From the NCBI GenBank assembly GCA_051362555.1, contig CM120647.1:16468651-16532650 (forward strand): DNA of 64,000 bases, read 5' to 3'. Positions within the stretch are counted from its first letter, which is position 1. Each line of letters opens with the position of its first letter. The DNA is from Lingula anatina. Taxonomy: Eukaryota > Animalia > Brachiopoda. Of the stretch, positions 13,358 to 27,700 are shown one piece after another. The notes under the pieces were generated by a model that was given only the letters and a program-made list of their open reading frames with translations, ran no database searches and was not told the DNA's origin. A program made the translations under genes and the position numbers.

Positions 13358-14672
13358 TTATTCTCCATTCTGGTAGTGGGTTATCCCCATCCCACAGAAC
13401 GGGTACGAGTTGAGGTAAATGGAACCGGATTTTATTCCGATTAGATCTCCTCCTACTTCACTCTAAACCAAAAGCGACATTTCAGATTAGTGAATTACGC
13501 TTTTTGATTATTTGAGCGGTCCCCATAATGTCCTTAATGGTAAAGTTTAAGAGCTCGTGAAATGAACCAGATGCGTCGTGTCGGATGCTCAGATTGACTT
13601 ACTTTGACTTGAAGTGATATTTTAAATGACGTCATTCTGGCTTATCAAAGCAATAATATTCTATTACACATTTCTAGATCCTACTAGTATTTCCATTTTT
13701 CTTTCTCTCCCGTGCAAGAGAGAGAGGAACAGGGAGGGAGGCTGTTATCTTGATAAGGGGACAACTTCGAGAGGCAGCGATACATCACAGAAAACAGGCA
13801 CAGGTTCAGGCTAGGTGAATCCTCTTGATATTTTCACTGCACTTAAGTTTTTTTGTTTCCCTTGCACTTGAAATCACCCAAGATAACAAGGAAGTCAGGC
13901 AATATTGGAAGAAAAAGATGGCGTATAATGATATAGATGGAAAGAGAAAGACTTCGTGTAAAAATATTGCTCAAGAGACGAGACTGGCGTTTTAACTCAT
14001 ACAATTTTTTCGACGCATGAAAAAAAAGGTTGGGTTAAAACTGTCTAGCATTACGATCCGTCGCTTCTTTCAAAACATTCCATTATAAAATGGGAATGAT
14101 TAAAAGAAACTAGCAGAGAAATGAAAACAGAAATAAACAAAGAAATAATGAAGTCAAACTCCTGATTGCTACACTATAAAATTTCTTTCGGGACTTTCCC
14201 GCAAAAAGTCCCCGAGAAATTGACCAGGCTTTTTTAAAGTTTACATACACCGCGGGGTAGAGAACTTGTGTTTATATCCGAACTTCCACAACTTAGCTTA
14301 TAAGATGAAAAATAAACAGTTCAAGTGCTTGTTTTGATTGATTAGGCGTTTTCAACATTGCAAAGGACCTGTTTTAGTAATGAAATAACGCTGTTTAAAG
14401 ACTTTTTTCTATTTTGGTTTGGGTTAATTTGATTTTCTAAATGGATTTAAGGATTTCCGCGATGGTTTTCTGTACGTTTGTTCAGTGGTGATTTACGAAT
14501 GTTCTTCGATGGACGTCTGCATAAAGTGCTGAGAGTGTTTGGTTTGCATAGCGATTACGGGGAGAAATATGAAGGTGATTTTCAATTATAACAAAATGCT
14601 GTTTAAGGAGAGATGGAGAGAAAGAAAGAGAAAAAGAGAGAGAGAGAGAGAGAGAAGGGAGAGGAAGAGAGG

Positions 14673-14714
<42 letters not shown>

Positions 14715-15904
14715 GGGAGAAAAAGGGGACATGACGGAGATGGATTGGAGAGGGAATGAAAATAAACAAAACAGAAGATGTAAACATAACAAATGTAGTT
14801 TTTTCTTGTTTTTGTTTTTTTCAATGTCAACCTTCTTACTAAAACAAAAAAGAACTTGCTTCAAATTCCAGACACAGCCTTTGATTCCAAAACAACTCTC
14901 AGTTTTAATTGAAATCCAATGTCACCTCCCCTCACCCTCTTTATGTAACCAGGCCTGTATTTTATCAGATAGGACCGCGACTGAGAGTCGTTTAACTGGA
15001 AAGAATGCAGATGCTGAACACGATAAATGGCAACAACGTTTTACAAACTCAACTACAAAACGGTTGCATTACTCCGGTGTGGTCTCTCGTTACTGGAAAT
15101 ATTTGCTTCGCTCGCTGACTAATTTAGTCTTGTTGACTGGGTTTTCTTTTAACATATTCTCAAGGTTTTATTTTAACATTTTCTCATTTCTATTTTGTCC
15201 TTACTACTTACTCCCTACATCTATCAATATTTCTACTCCGGCTTTCTGTTACTCATTGTTAAGGTTGATGTTCTTCTTGTTTTTCTTTCCTCAATTTTCT
15301 TTGTATTGTAGCATGATTTATAATGTTTTGTGGTACGTTGCGTGACGGTGAGGTGAAAACGTTGACACATAAATGACAATTCAAACAAGATAATAAACCA
15401 TCCTCAACGTGAAGATGAGCTATTACACACGTTTAAAGATATATTAGGATGAGGATGTACTGATTGTGTTAGTTGTGACAGTGGCTCATTATGTTAGTTG
15501 TGCATCACGACAGCATCAACACAGCGCTCAGATAACTTTTATAGACACACTGAACTATACCAATCCCAACTTCAGAGAGAAAACGTTCGATTGAAAGACC
15601 GATATTATAAAGAGACTGATCTCGTTTAATGAAATTGTTCATTGCTTATGAATTTTGTTGGACTTATACACATTCGACAAAATGAGAGACAGAACCCAGA
15701 AAAACTAGAGAAGGAAAAATTCTTAGTATGTAATACTTGCCCTATATACTGATTAGGCGGGTAAAAGATTAACGTATATCAGTCGATCAAGACACTTGTA
15801 GATAGTTCCGTGGTACACTTGGGGATTTTCCACTCACCACATACACGCGTGTAAACCCGTTATCAGTGGCCGAACCGTCATCATAGAACCCATAAACTTT
15901 TACA

Positions 15905-17138
15905 ATGGAGAAACCCAGAGGAAATGGGGAAGGGAATTTCGACATGGAATGTGAAGAAGAAAAATGTCTAATAGAACAGGTAACATATATTTTCCGGGCC
16001 AAGTTTAGCAAAATTCACTAATTGTAATTTAATTGAAATTTGGATAGATTCTCAACTTCATGAAAGATATACTTTCACTGCGCATGCTCATGAAAGGAGA
16101 CGAGGCATTTACAACCTAAGCGCTACCGTTGTCTCAGCAGAGTCTTTGTTTGAAATTAAGATCGGTATTTTGTTCATGACATTCTGATCGCAAGCTTTTA
16201 TTCTACATTTATACACCTTTGACCACTATCCCCACAGCTGTTAATTTGTTCAATCACCAATAGGGCCCTATTATTATACAAAATCTTAAGGGGGTGAATT
16301 CTTGGCGCGAAATACCCTATGAAATGGCCTTTGATCAGGTTTTCTATACATATTCGTTCATGCTCAGTGTCGATCGAGGCAGTTGTAAAACAAGCCTTCG
16401 ATGTTATCTCGAATTCTGATGTTGATTTTAGAACCAATGAAGTTTAATAGTCAAAACTAAGATCCAGTGAAACTATTTTCACAATGAAGTTTTCATTTTT
16501 TTCACAATAATATATTCTTCCGACATCACCTAAAATGGATAAAGGAGACCATAACACCTGCAGCCTCATTCCCTGTGCCCAAGAACCTGTGAAACTCAGG
16601 GTGTGAGGGGGTTACCCAGACTGTCCCCTGTACCCTGAGACCATGTCCTTATTGGGATCAATCAGGCCAGGACTTGATATAAACAGTAAAGGTCTCAGTG
16701 GGGATTATCTACAGTGTGTTCAAATGTCCAGGGAAGAGCAAACTGCTGCAACCTTACCTGATATGACCTAGTTGTACATTACCCTCTACCAGGGCGGCAG
16801 ATTTTATAGGGAAACTTCCATAAAGCCAGAATAGCACAGAATGAAATGACTGTCTATTTATCTAAAGGCAAATCTGGGAATGTATTGTGAAAAATCAATC
16901 TGTCGCCCTGGTAGAGGGTAGTTCTACTTATAGATATGCTAGAAAAACGGTCCATAAAAGGAGGGGCGTCGGGTGAAGTATTTCTCACTGTTCCTGGTGT
17001 ACATGCATGTCAGTGTGCCTTGAAGTGTCTATTTGTCTGTGTGGATGAGCTATATACAGAAGTGCTTACCTTGTCTGTCCGTCAACTGCCTCTACCTCTT
17101 TTGAGTGATCAATTTCGGTTCCTTTTAAAATAATCTAA

Positions 17139-17222
<84 letters not shown>

Positions 17223-20200
17223 AGTTTTCAACTTAATTCAATTCAAATTAATTCAACTTAATTCAATCCGCATACCATTGCCGCTCATTTAACCCATCTT
17301 TTGTCATAGTCTACTATTTCGATAAATGCTTCATTAAAAAAAGAGAATGTTTTTCCCAGGAAAGCACTGGCGGCGGGAAAGCCACCTACAAGTACCAGCT
17401 GGGAGTGATCTTCAGCTGTATGGGTACCATTGTAGGAACAGGCAACCTGTGGAGGTTTCCGAGGATACTTGCACAGAACAGTGATGAAACAGGTGAGACT
17501 GAAATGGATTAAAATCCTTATTTCATTTTTTGTTTTGGATTATTTTCTCTATAGGGAATAATAAGACATGTGTGACATCAGTGTGGGTGTTTTTATAAGG
17601 CATGATGTATGGGAACTCCTTACACGTTATTTTGCATATTATAAAATTGTTGAATGAATAAACCCTCTCTTTCTTTTTTTCTTTTCCCTCCCTATCTTTC
17701 CTTCCCACACTCACACATATACACGAGCACTCTCTCTCTTGTTCTGTTATCACTGTATCCCCGCTCCCTTTGCGTGTGTGTGTGAGTGTGTGTGTGTGTG
17801 TGAATGAGTTCCAAATCTCACAGGTTTGACGTGATTGACAACAGAAATTCTTCCCTTATAGGTGGTCTAGTGTTCCTTATCGTGTGGGTGTGTTTTTTGT
17901 TCATGTGGTCCTCTCCAATGTTACTGCTGGAGTACTCCATAGGGCGATACACGAAGAAGGCGGTTCTTCAGTCTTTCAGAGACTTCGTGGGGGACAAGGC
18001 CACGTGGTGCGGGGCTTTTGTTACCTTGGTGACGTTCTTTATATCGTAAGTACGGTAATTATTAAGAAATTCCAGACACCTCGCTTATTTCAATATCTTG
18101 CTTTTTATCGAGAGGCATAATTTGCCATTACTCCCCCCCCCTCATTCAGTGGACCCCTTTCAACCCTATCCCGCTCTCTATAAAGCAGAACAAGCAAAAA
18201 TCAAGCGATGTCTTTTATTCCTGTATCCTACATATTAGAGTAAAGTTTTTCTCGTTTTTAGTTTTATATTTGCTTCGTTTCACTCGACAAAATTTTATCC
18301 TAGTAATCCCCCTCCAACCCTCTAAGCAATCTCCCAGACCCATCAGCGCTAAAGGTACTCCCAAACTTGTACTGTTTCAGGTAATTCTAAAAAAATTAAC
18401 GTTTTGGCCCATTATATTCTCTTCATTATGCTATTATACCGGGCTCCAATATAGAAATAAATCAACAGTAATTAAAAGGTGATATAAAAGAGTTATGCAG
18501 TTATGACACACAATGTGTGTACCACTGACCTGACTAAGGGGCCATTCAGAATAGGTGATCCCAGTACTAACTGATCCGCCAAATAAACATGGTCGACTCC
18601 ACGTCATAAACGATGCCGCTAATTCCATGATGGTCTGCCCGCCTCCACACTCGCCGATCGCTGCAGTGGCCTAGCAGTTAAACCTCGGAGCTGAGATTTA
18701 ATCCGTTTAATATGTGGAGGCGGGGAGACCATCGGGAATCAGCGGCATCGCTTTTGAAGTGTGGTCGGCCATATTTAGTCGGCAGATCAGTTAGAACTGG
18801 GATCATCAAATCTGAATGTCCCTTAAGAGGGTCACTTTTCTGGGGAGTGATCATTTTGTTTTTATTCTTCCAGCTGTTACTACTCTGTGATATTAGGTTG
18901 GTGTATATACTTCTTCGGATACGCCATCTTGAATGATCTGCCGACCGACAACGTGCAAAGCAAGAAGATATTTGATGACTTTGCCGTAGTAAGACATTGG
19001 TGTTGTACACGTATGCATTTGGGCATTTTGTTGCTTTATAGAGTATTTTTTTTTAAATCCAAATAAATATTTATACTCGGAGTTTTTGAAATTCACTCTG
19101 GATTTCTATCAATTTGTGGTGAAACAATTGTAGCTACTCTTTTAAAATAAGCCGTGGGCTATAGCTTTGAAGAATAATGAAAGAAAAATGTCGATTCTCG
19201 ACGTTGCAACCATATCAAACATGATGTCAATCAGTATATAATCATACAAATTAAATTCAAATTAATTCAAATTAATGTTGAAATGGTTGGGGACATGATA
19301 CTTAATTCAATAACAATGCATATCTTGTGCGAATGTTTTTTTTTCTTTTTTAATTAAATGTCATCGATATTCATTACAATAGGGTTTCGTCTTTTTCAAT
19401 TGTAGAACAGTCGCTGGCCTGTCCTGTTCCACGCTCTCTCGGTTGCTTTAGCCGGACTGGTGGTGACGAAGGGAGTGAAGACGATAGAGAGAGCAAATCT
19501 CGTCATGGTCCCGTCTTTTCTCGCCATAATCCTGTTCACGTTCACGTGGACTCTCACGAGACCTTTCGCAGACATCGGGCTGAAGTACATGTATTCTCCA
19601 AATTGGGGTATGTGGCAAAATTTGAAATTGAAATATTTTTATAAGTACTCATCCTAAATTTCAGAGGTTTGTGGTATCTATTATGACGTATCATATGTAT
19701 GAACTACTTACAAACTTTTGATATTTTTGTGGTCACTACGTAGCGTTTTCTCTTGTACCGGGGTACCAACATTTCATTGTAGAATTTATCGGGTCAATTG
19801 TATAAGGTTAAGTTTAAAAAATAAATTACCCGTTAAAGGATTACAGAATTAATAAAAATTCTTTACAGAATGCAATAGTTTGTCTCTACCTATTTATATA
19901 TTCAGTCATTAATTCACCCCCTTATTCTTTCTTTCTTTATTTTTATTAAAGCATCGTTTGCGAATCCTAGAACTTGGGTGGACGCAGCCAGCCAGAACGC
20001 CTTTGACACCGGGGCAGGAATGGGTATGATGGTCCCGTACGCCACCTATATGACAAGAAAACACGGAATAGTCCGCTATGGTACCTTGTTACCCTCTACA
20101 AACAACATGATTAGGTAGAAAAAAAATTATTCTATATCAAAAGTAAACCGTTTTTGAAGAGGAAAGGCTTGTTTTGTTACTTTTAAGGCATGGCGTAAAA

Positions 20201-22243
20201 TTCTTGTTATTCTTCTTATTCCTCTGGTCGAATTGACGTCTTCCTTCTTTACAGTAGTAAACGAGATACCAAGATACCAGATATGCTAAATGCTGGAATT
20301 AAAATGCGGTTTCAGTCTGATATGCAGCATAAACATTATTATTCCTGTGGTCAATTTTACTCCTTCCCACAATGGTAAACGAAATTACTAACATATTAAT
20401 TAAATGATTAAATGCTGTCCGTGTATTACGGTTACATTTTGGTATGAAGAATAACGTATCATTACTGTTATCACAAGTATATTAAATGCAGTATTTTTCA
20501 TGTATTAAATGCTGTACTGGCGGTTCCAGTTTGATCTGCGGGATGACAGTGATATCCACGGTGTTCTCCTCGCTGATTGCGCTATCTCCGACCTACACCA
20601 CGGACCAGATTGTCAGTATACTGAAGGACAGCGGCCCAGGAAGCACGGGGTTAACGTTTATATGGTGAGCGAGGAGTATTTCGAAAAATTACTGTAAACT
20701 CGAGCTCATTGCTGTTTTTAACGTACATCCTCAGTTTTTTGTAACTCTTACTGTATATGTGAATGTTGGTAGTGACAGTCAACCAGTAGAATAAGAATGA
20801 TGAATATTTTAATATTAAAACGAATCTGATACTGGAACTAACATCAAAGAGTTACAACTCCTTGCTAACATTTAGTAACTGGTGTAAGGCATAATTTCAT
20901 TTAAGGCATAAAATGAGCGTTGAACCTTTATATAGAAAAAAAAACATGGGAACTTTAGAAAATTCTTCTTTATCACCATATTCTTTCCAAACTGCGGAGA
21001 AAATTACAATAAATGTACCATTCGAGTTCCAATATACCTTACACTGTTTGAACGGCTTGACTTAAAGTGTGAGTTTTCATCGGAAAGACTCCTGACCACG
21101 TTATTGTCCTTACAGGTTTCCTGTGTTGTTCCGGGCAGCGGGGCTAGAGTTTGGCCGTGTTTTATGTGTACTCTTCTTTCTGTGTCTTTCATTTGCTGGA
21201 ATGTCCACGCTAATCTGTAACGTTGAACTAACAACACAGACTATTGAAGATTTCGGAGGTATTGTTTCACATTTCTACTTTAACAATACATGTACGTATT
21301 TTCCCTCACATCAATCTCTGCGTTGTCTTTTCTCGAGTTATGTTTAATCCTTTTTTTACTAAATAAATGCCGTTCAAACTTTCTGCCATATTTCGCTTTC
21401 GTCATATTTTCATATTTCTAAATATTTTTCCTCTCTCCGTATTATATACATTTATATTTTCTATATTTCCATCCTTATCACATTCCAGTACGAAGGCTGT
21501 ACGGGGTACCCCTTACGTTGGGAATGACGTTTCTGATTGGTTTACCGTCTGCTCTTAGTCTGGATATATTGTCCAATCAGGTGAGACGTTCCTATTATAT
21601 TTGTATCAACATTTCTGACTAGTTAATAATCTTGATTTATTGTCCAATCAAGTAAGAGGTCCCTTTTACTATTGTATCAATATTTCTAACTGGCTTTTAA
21701 TCTGGCTGTATGTCCAATTATGTCAGCACGATATTCCTATAGACTCACAAAAAGCATTTCTGATTGGTTTCCCATACGCTCATAGTATCGATGTATTGAT
21801 GTATTGATGAATGAAGTTCCATGTCCAGAATTAGATTCTATTTTTAAGTAGTGGGAATTGTGTAACACACGTACCAAGAAGTGTAACTAGCAGTGCATGA
21901 ATTTAGTAAAAAACAGAAGTCATAATTCAATCATTGATAACGTTAATAAAAAGACTTAAATATTTGCTTTTTTCGATATTTTATTATTTTCAGGACTTTG
22001 TTTGGGGTTTTGCTTTGGTGATCAACGGGTTGATGTTCCAGAGCCTCGTTATCATGTATGGCGCGAACAGATACCGCCAGAACATCTTTAATAACTTCTC
22101 TATTGACGACTGGTACCTGCCTAAAATATGGCAGTGGATCGTTATGTAAGTACGCAGGTTTGGGAGTAGAGAACAACAGTGCATGGAGATGGCTAGTTAT
22201 GACAATATTTTAGTATTATTGCAAGCTATTCGAGGTTGTTGCC

Positions 22244-22284
<41 letters not shown>

Positions 22285-23444
22285 GACGTGTGTAATCGTC
22301 CATGTACTCAACTGGCATTTAACTTACTTCTAATGGTTTTTCTTAACAACAGCCGTTTTACCCTGAACCATTGAATTAGTTGTAGTTTATTTCTCAGGTA
22401 CGTCGCCCCGTTAGAGGCCATGGTTCTGCTGGTCTGGTGGGCAGTGGACCTGATAGTCTTCGAGGAGGACAAGGCCCAGAGGTGGTATGAATTCGGTACA
22501 GAGAGCTTCATGGCGACCATAGTACAGGTGTGGTGGACTTCACGGGATGGTGAAAAATAAAGCCTGCTTATAAGATAGTCTAAATAGAAATAATTTTCTG
22601 GATGTGATGTGAACCAGAAAGTGGGTCACAAAAATCGACTGGAAAATAAGAAATATAAATAACCTACATGTATACATTATTAGTAAACAAGAAGTTTTAT
22701 AAATGTTATAAATCAATTAAATTAATTTTCTCATGTACCGGTATGTCAATTTGATACTTATCTTTATTCATTAAGAGTATTTGCTTATCATTATCGGTTC
22801 CGTGTATAAGATATTACGTTATAGTCTTTTGCTTTAAATTTCAGTGGCTGATCGCATTGGTCGTCCTAATAATACTCAATGTTCTACTGCTCAAGTACAA
22901 ACCATCTTGGTTCATGTCGACGAGTATAACCTCAACACCAAGATCCAGCTGTAGTAGTGCTTCACAAGTCTCGTATGGTTCCAATGACGTCAAGGAAGTC
23001 CCTGATGACGTGGTAGTGACGTCATTTGGTGATGATGACGTGGACGTGGTGTCATATGGGTCCACGGGTAGTTCAGAAGCAAAGGAGGATCTATCTGCAG
23101 CACGTGCTGTCTGTCTGAATGGTGGTCTCCTTCCAGAGAGCACGTTCGTTTCCCAGAAAGAGGAATTTCTCGCTAATGGTGAACTAGGTCTAAAGTGCAA
23201 CGCCTCTGAAACGATAGATGGCGCTAAAGATCCTCATGATGAGTCAAAATGTGATATAGTAAATGGTTCAAGAGGCGGCCTAAATAGGCACAGAAATGAG
23301 GACAGTCTTACTTGTGAAAACGCCATGCTTTCGTGTACTATCATGGAACATTTGACAATGTCCGAGAAACAGAAAGCTGACAATAATGCGGACACCGCTA
23401 GTATGCACAGTTCTCATCAAGGCAGAAGAAATACCTCCTCTTAG
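15905..23444 (+). CDS. SLC6/NSS (SNF family) sodium-dependent transporter, prokaryote-like, copy 1; 12 exons, ~707 aa
   Basis: Exons: 15905-15979, 17360-17492, 17862-18045, 18874-18988, 19406-19607, 19952-20114, 20530-20664, 21116-21258, 21489-21580, 21994-22145, 22398-22527, 22845-23444. All introns are GT-AG and the exons total 2124 nt in frame. Motifs include GTIVGTGNLWRFPR (TM1), LLEYSIGRY, YYSVILGW, KGVKTIERAN, QNAFDTGAG, GPGSTGLTFIW and LFFLCLSFAG. Exon 1 (MECEEEKCLIEQ, alternative start 15944) was inferred by similarity to copy 2 exon 1 and is the least certain. Confidence 0.9.
16782..16918. mobile_element. Small MITE with TA target-site duplication (Tc1/mariner Stowaway-like) in intron 1 of SLC6 copy 1
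   Basis: TA|CCCTCTACCAGGGCGGCAGAT ... ATCTGTCGCCCTGGTAGAGGG|TA. The 21-bp TIRs have one mismatch. Confidence 0.8.
17141..17217. repeat. Compound (CT)n(GT)n microsatellite
   Basis: Directly visible. Confidence 0.95.
18538..18823. mobile_element. Palindromic MITE (Harbinger/Tourist-like), third family, in intron 3 of SLC6 copy 1
   Basis: TAA|GGGGCCATTCAGA ... TCTGAATGTCCCT|TAA. Internal arms also pair (GATCCCAGT/ACTGGGATC, CGATGCCGCT/AGCGGCATCG, CCGCCTCCACA/TGTGGAGGCGG). Confidence 0.85.
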
Positions 23445-23500
23445 AATTCTTTCCGGGAAGAGTGCAGAATTATCCTGACTGTAACATTATGGCATAGAGT

Positions 23501-23571
23501 CAGTGGAGTAGCAAGGGTCTTTAAGGAAGCAACGTGCACCTGCCTCGGCGCCACTTGAGTATACGCCACTG
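23501..23571. mobile_element. Possible 71-bp mini DNA-transposon remnant in the 3' UTR of SLC6 copy 1
   Basis: Termini are CAGTGGAGTA ... TACGCCACTG (hAT-like), and AGAGT is present on both flanks. Confidence 0.4.
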
Positions 23572-24701
23572 AGAGTTCTTACTTACCTGTTAGCGTCTGA
23601 TGTTCCTATATATATTGGAACGCCTTTAAAATCACTCCGGTGTTTAATGTCATAGGCCTTTTTCCCGTAGGCCTATATATGCCATTGCTTTGAACATTTG
23701 TTACGGGGAAAGGAGAATAACGGTTTGGGTTGCCTGCAGTGATCTTGGTGATAATGTCAAAAGATAATGGTGAAATATTTTTTTATGTTTATAGTTAACT
23801 TAAAAGTGCTCGTGCGACATATCATTGATTACTTTGTTTGTGGTCGAGTGTGCATGTGTGCATTGAATAAAGAAAAAGCGACATGATAGTCTTTTTTGAA
23901 ATGCAACAATAAAATTGCATTCGTTTTTTTCATAGTTTCTTGTTGTCAGTCATTGCTTCATAATGTATCCTAACAATTAATCTAAGAACCACAGGTCCAT
24001 AAATTAATCGAGCTTTGTAAATTGAGCATTTTTGTTGACTAGTTGTTGACTATAAATGAATGGGGTTATTTGCAGTTAACAATTATGTTTAATTGTTGCC
24101 TAAACCTAAGATCTAATACACATCCATTTATTAGATCTTAGCCTACACATAGGAATGCAGTTCACAGCGCAGCGCTCTGTCAACACTTATCACATGGGTT
24201 CTTGTGCGAAAACGAGCAGTTTAACCCTTTTCTTTTCCTGGTTTTAGCACCAAATTAAATTTTCTTTAAGAAATTGAAAAGGGCAATTTTCTGCTACTGT
24301 TTGACCCGTCGCAGCACTTGAATGTGATATTTTGTACCATTCCAGATTAACCAAATTGGTCCTAGAGGAAACATGTTTCATGTAGACAGCCATGTCGTGC
24401 TTACATTTCAGAAGGAAATATCGGCATTAGGTACTTTTATCTGATGGATTTGATTTTTTAAACGTTTGAATTGAAAAATATAAGAAGTGGCTTTGTAAGA
24501 CATCAGAGATAAAAACGCGTAGTGAACCTTTGATTAACGACACCCTGCCGAGGGAAAGACCCCCGTCTCTCTAACACGTTCAGCATCTTATCAAGGCAAA
24601 TACCAACAGGTGACAAGTTGATACAGGTAGCTAGGGTGTATTTGTACAGCGTACTTACACAAATCACATGCTGGGTCACATGAGATCACACTAAGATCAA
24701 A

Positions 24702-27700
24702 ATGGAGACTGACGAAGAAAAGCTCCTAGCCAAGGAGGTGAGTGAACTGAATACTTGTCACCAAAGTTGTCAGGTAGTGATCAAAAACCGTGGAGCTATA
24801 TGAGATGATATAGTAGAAGTATGCAACTGTTATAAATATTGTCATCATAAATTGTATCATAAATTGTGTGCTGGCTATTCACTAGGACCAAAGAGGGTCT
24901 ATATAATCATTAACAAACGCAGCGTCATGTATGTTTACTTTATCGAAAGCACTAACAGATCCAAAGTTTGACCTGGGGGTGGGGGTGGGGGGTGGGGTGG
25001 GAGATCGAAGGGGCACAGGGGTTTTTAGGACAATTATTGGGGGAAAGGGGGGCACACGGGAAATATGCACTAAAATGCTTATTCTAAATTTATAATTCAC
25101 AGAAGTAATGCTCAGTTTTTGAGCCCTTATATTTTGTTCTCACAATCTAATAATTTTTTTAAATGGTTGAATTTTAAGATTAAAATCTTTATACAGAGTC
25201 AGATGATTTTTATTAGTTTATTTGTGTGCTTAAAGTGGATAAATGGATTTTGTAGAACTTTAGGTTATGAAATAGGCCTATTACTATAAGTTGTAGGCCC
25301 TAGGCCTGGAGACATTTCAAGAGGGACACGCTTTCGGCAATATTATGGTAAATCCATAAGCTTCGGTAATAGGCCTACGTCTTTCGCCCCTTTCCCCCCT
25401 CGGCTACGACCTACAGTATCTCTACCTCACAATCAACCAAACACGACAAACCAAGCAATTTGCCACTCCCATACATATTACAGTAAAATTGCCCGCGTCT
25501 GCTATTTTTTTACCAAACGCGGAAAAATATTTTATTCTTGCCCCCCTTCCCCCTTCAGCATATTCCTGGATATGCTAGGCAGAATGTAACCCATTTTTTG
25601 TCTGGCTGAAGAATAACATCTGAAGATAGGTACCGTATCTAGGGACTGCTACACTGGTGGGTACCTACGGTGCGCCTGTAGCGTTTTGGAATTTATTTTT
25701 TTCTGTGACCTGAGCCTGACCTCGCTACTGAGAGCCTATCTGACCACCGAGTCATTAATGCAGTTTATCTCTAGGCTGAGGCCCATTAAACAACTTTCCT
25801 GGGTTAAGATCTAGGGTATCAGCTCACACATATAAGTCTATTGCTTATATTTATTTAGCTATTCATCTGTTACCTATTAAACAGTACTTTATTTGTATCC
25901 AGTGTTTTTATCACGTGACGGCTGATAATTCGGTCACATTTAGTTGATGATTTATCTTTCAAAAGTATGCAAAAGTTAGTGTAGCACTGACTAACTCCTT
26001 TTTTTATCTGTAAACCCCTGTATTGTTTGTGATTTATCCTCAAATCGATTATATATTAAAAGTTCTATCAAATCTAGATATGATATAATATGACTCAGTG
26101 GCGATATTGGGTATATATTATCTATGGGGTTAGGCGATATCCATTACAAAATCAAAAACAATATAAAAAGAAATCAATATAGGAAAAAAGCGTTTGCCGA
26201 AGTTATATTAGATTAGATTTTATGACTACTTTCTACACACAAATAATAATAATAATGATAATAATAATAATAATAATAATAATAGTAGTAGTAGTATAAG
26301 TAATATGACTGCATTTTTATTATTGTGAATTTCAGAAAAATACGGTGGTAAAATCGACATATAAATATAAACTCGGGGTGATATTTGCCTGTCTCGGCAC
26401 TGTGGTTGGCACAGGAAATATATGGAGGTTTCCCAGGATTCTCGCCACCAATAGTGACACAAAAGGTAAAACAACTTGCCTCTCTTTCATTTATTCCATT
26501 CATTCGTTCTTTCTTTCTTAATTTCTTTCTCTCTCTGTCTCTCTTTTTCTTTTCTAATTCTTTCTTTCCCTCCATTTCTTCGTCTCTCCGGTCAATTCTT
26601 TTGTCCCTTCCTTCTCTCTTTTCTTCCTTCTCCTCCTTCCCCTCCTTTCCTTATTTCTGTCGTTTCTATCTTTCAACTCTATATTGCTTTGCTTTGCATA
26701 TTCATATAATACCAATATCATCTTGAAAAAAATGAAATAGCTAAGGAAGCATAAACATATAGTCACAGTGCACCAAAGTCGCAAGTTAAGTGAGAAATCA
26801 TTAATCATTTTTATTCTCTAAATACGAATACAAATGATCTGATTTCTATATTTCCAGGTGGTCTGGTATTTCTGATAGTATGGCTTTTCTTCCTCTTCTT
26901 CTGGTCCATTCCTATGTTGCTAACCGAGTATTCCATCGGACGATACACGCGAAAAGCCACCATCCAGGCATTTAGACATTTCCATGGCGACAAGGCCACG
27001 TGGGCTGGCGCGTGGGTTACCTTGGTTTCATTCTTCATTTCGTACGTGAGCATTTTATACAAGGATTAAGGCATGAAACAGTTAAGGCACGGGAAAGCAA
27101 TTTGTTTTGGGGGTTCCAAACGAATTCCAATGTGATTTTGTGTTTTATGAACGGATCTGTTTCAGTGGCATTCACTTAAGTTTTGTTGAAGTCGTCCATT
27201 CCTCACCTCTACTCAGATCACCATTATCATGTTGCTTCTGTAATATGTAATAGCATATGTGGTCTTAATGCATAACAGCGTGTGTTATTTGATTTTGAAG
27301 GTGCATAGTGTATATCTCTCTATACATCTCTTCTTATCTTATACTTATTTTGCAATACGCATTTGATGGTACCTGTTGTATTTCATATACGCTGGTAATA
27401 TAAGGGCGTTATGTGCTTAATTTGCACGTATTGACCTTAGTTTTTGCTTACAGTTGCTATTATTCAGTGGTCGTTGGATGGTGCTTTTATTATTTCGGGT
27501 TTGCTATCGGCAACCCTCTTCCTGAAAACAACGAAGAAGGAAAGAAAATATTTGACGATTTTGTGGTGGTGAGTGTCCTCCTGCAAATTATATCTTCCTT
27601 AGATATGCTGTAATTGTAAGATGAAAAAAGGGTATCAACTTATCTTTATATTTTGCTTTTACAGTTTATCACGTTTGAATTTGCAACATTCCTTGTCATG

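Noticed and set aside
14539-15345. 268-aa ORF
   Set aside because: It is driven by AG microsatellites and T-rich low-complexity sequence, starts at a non-ATG codon and has no recognisable domain.
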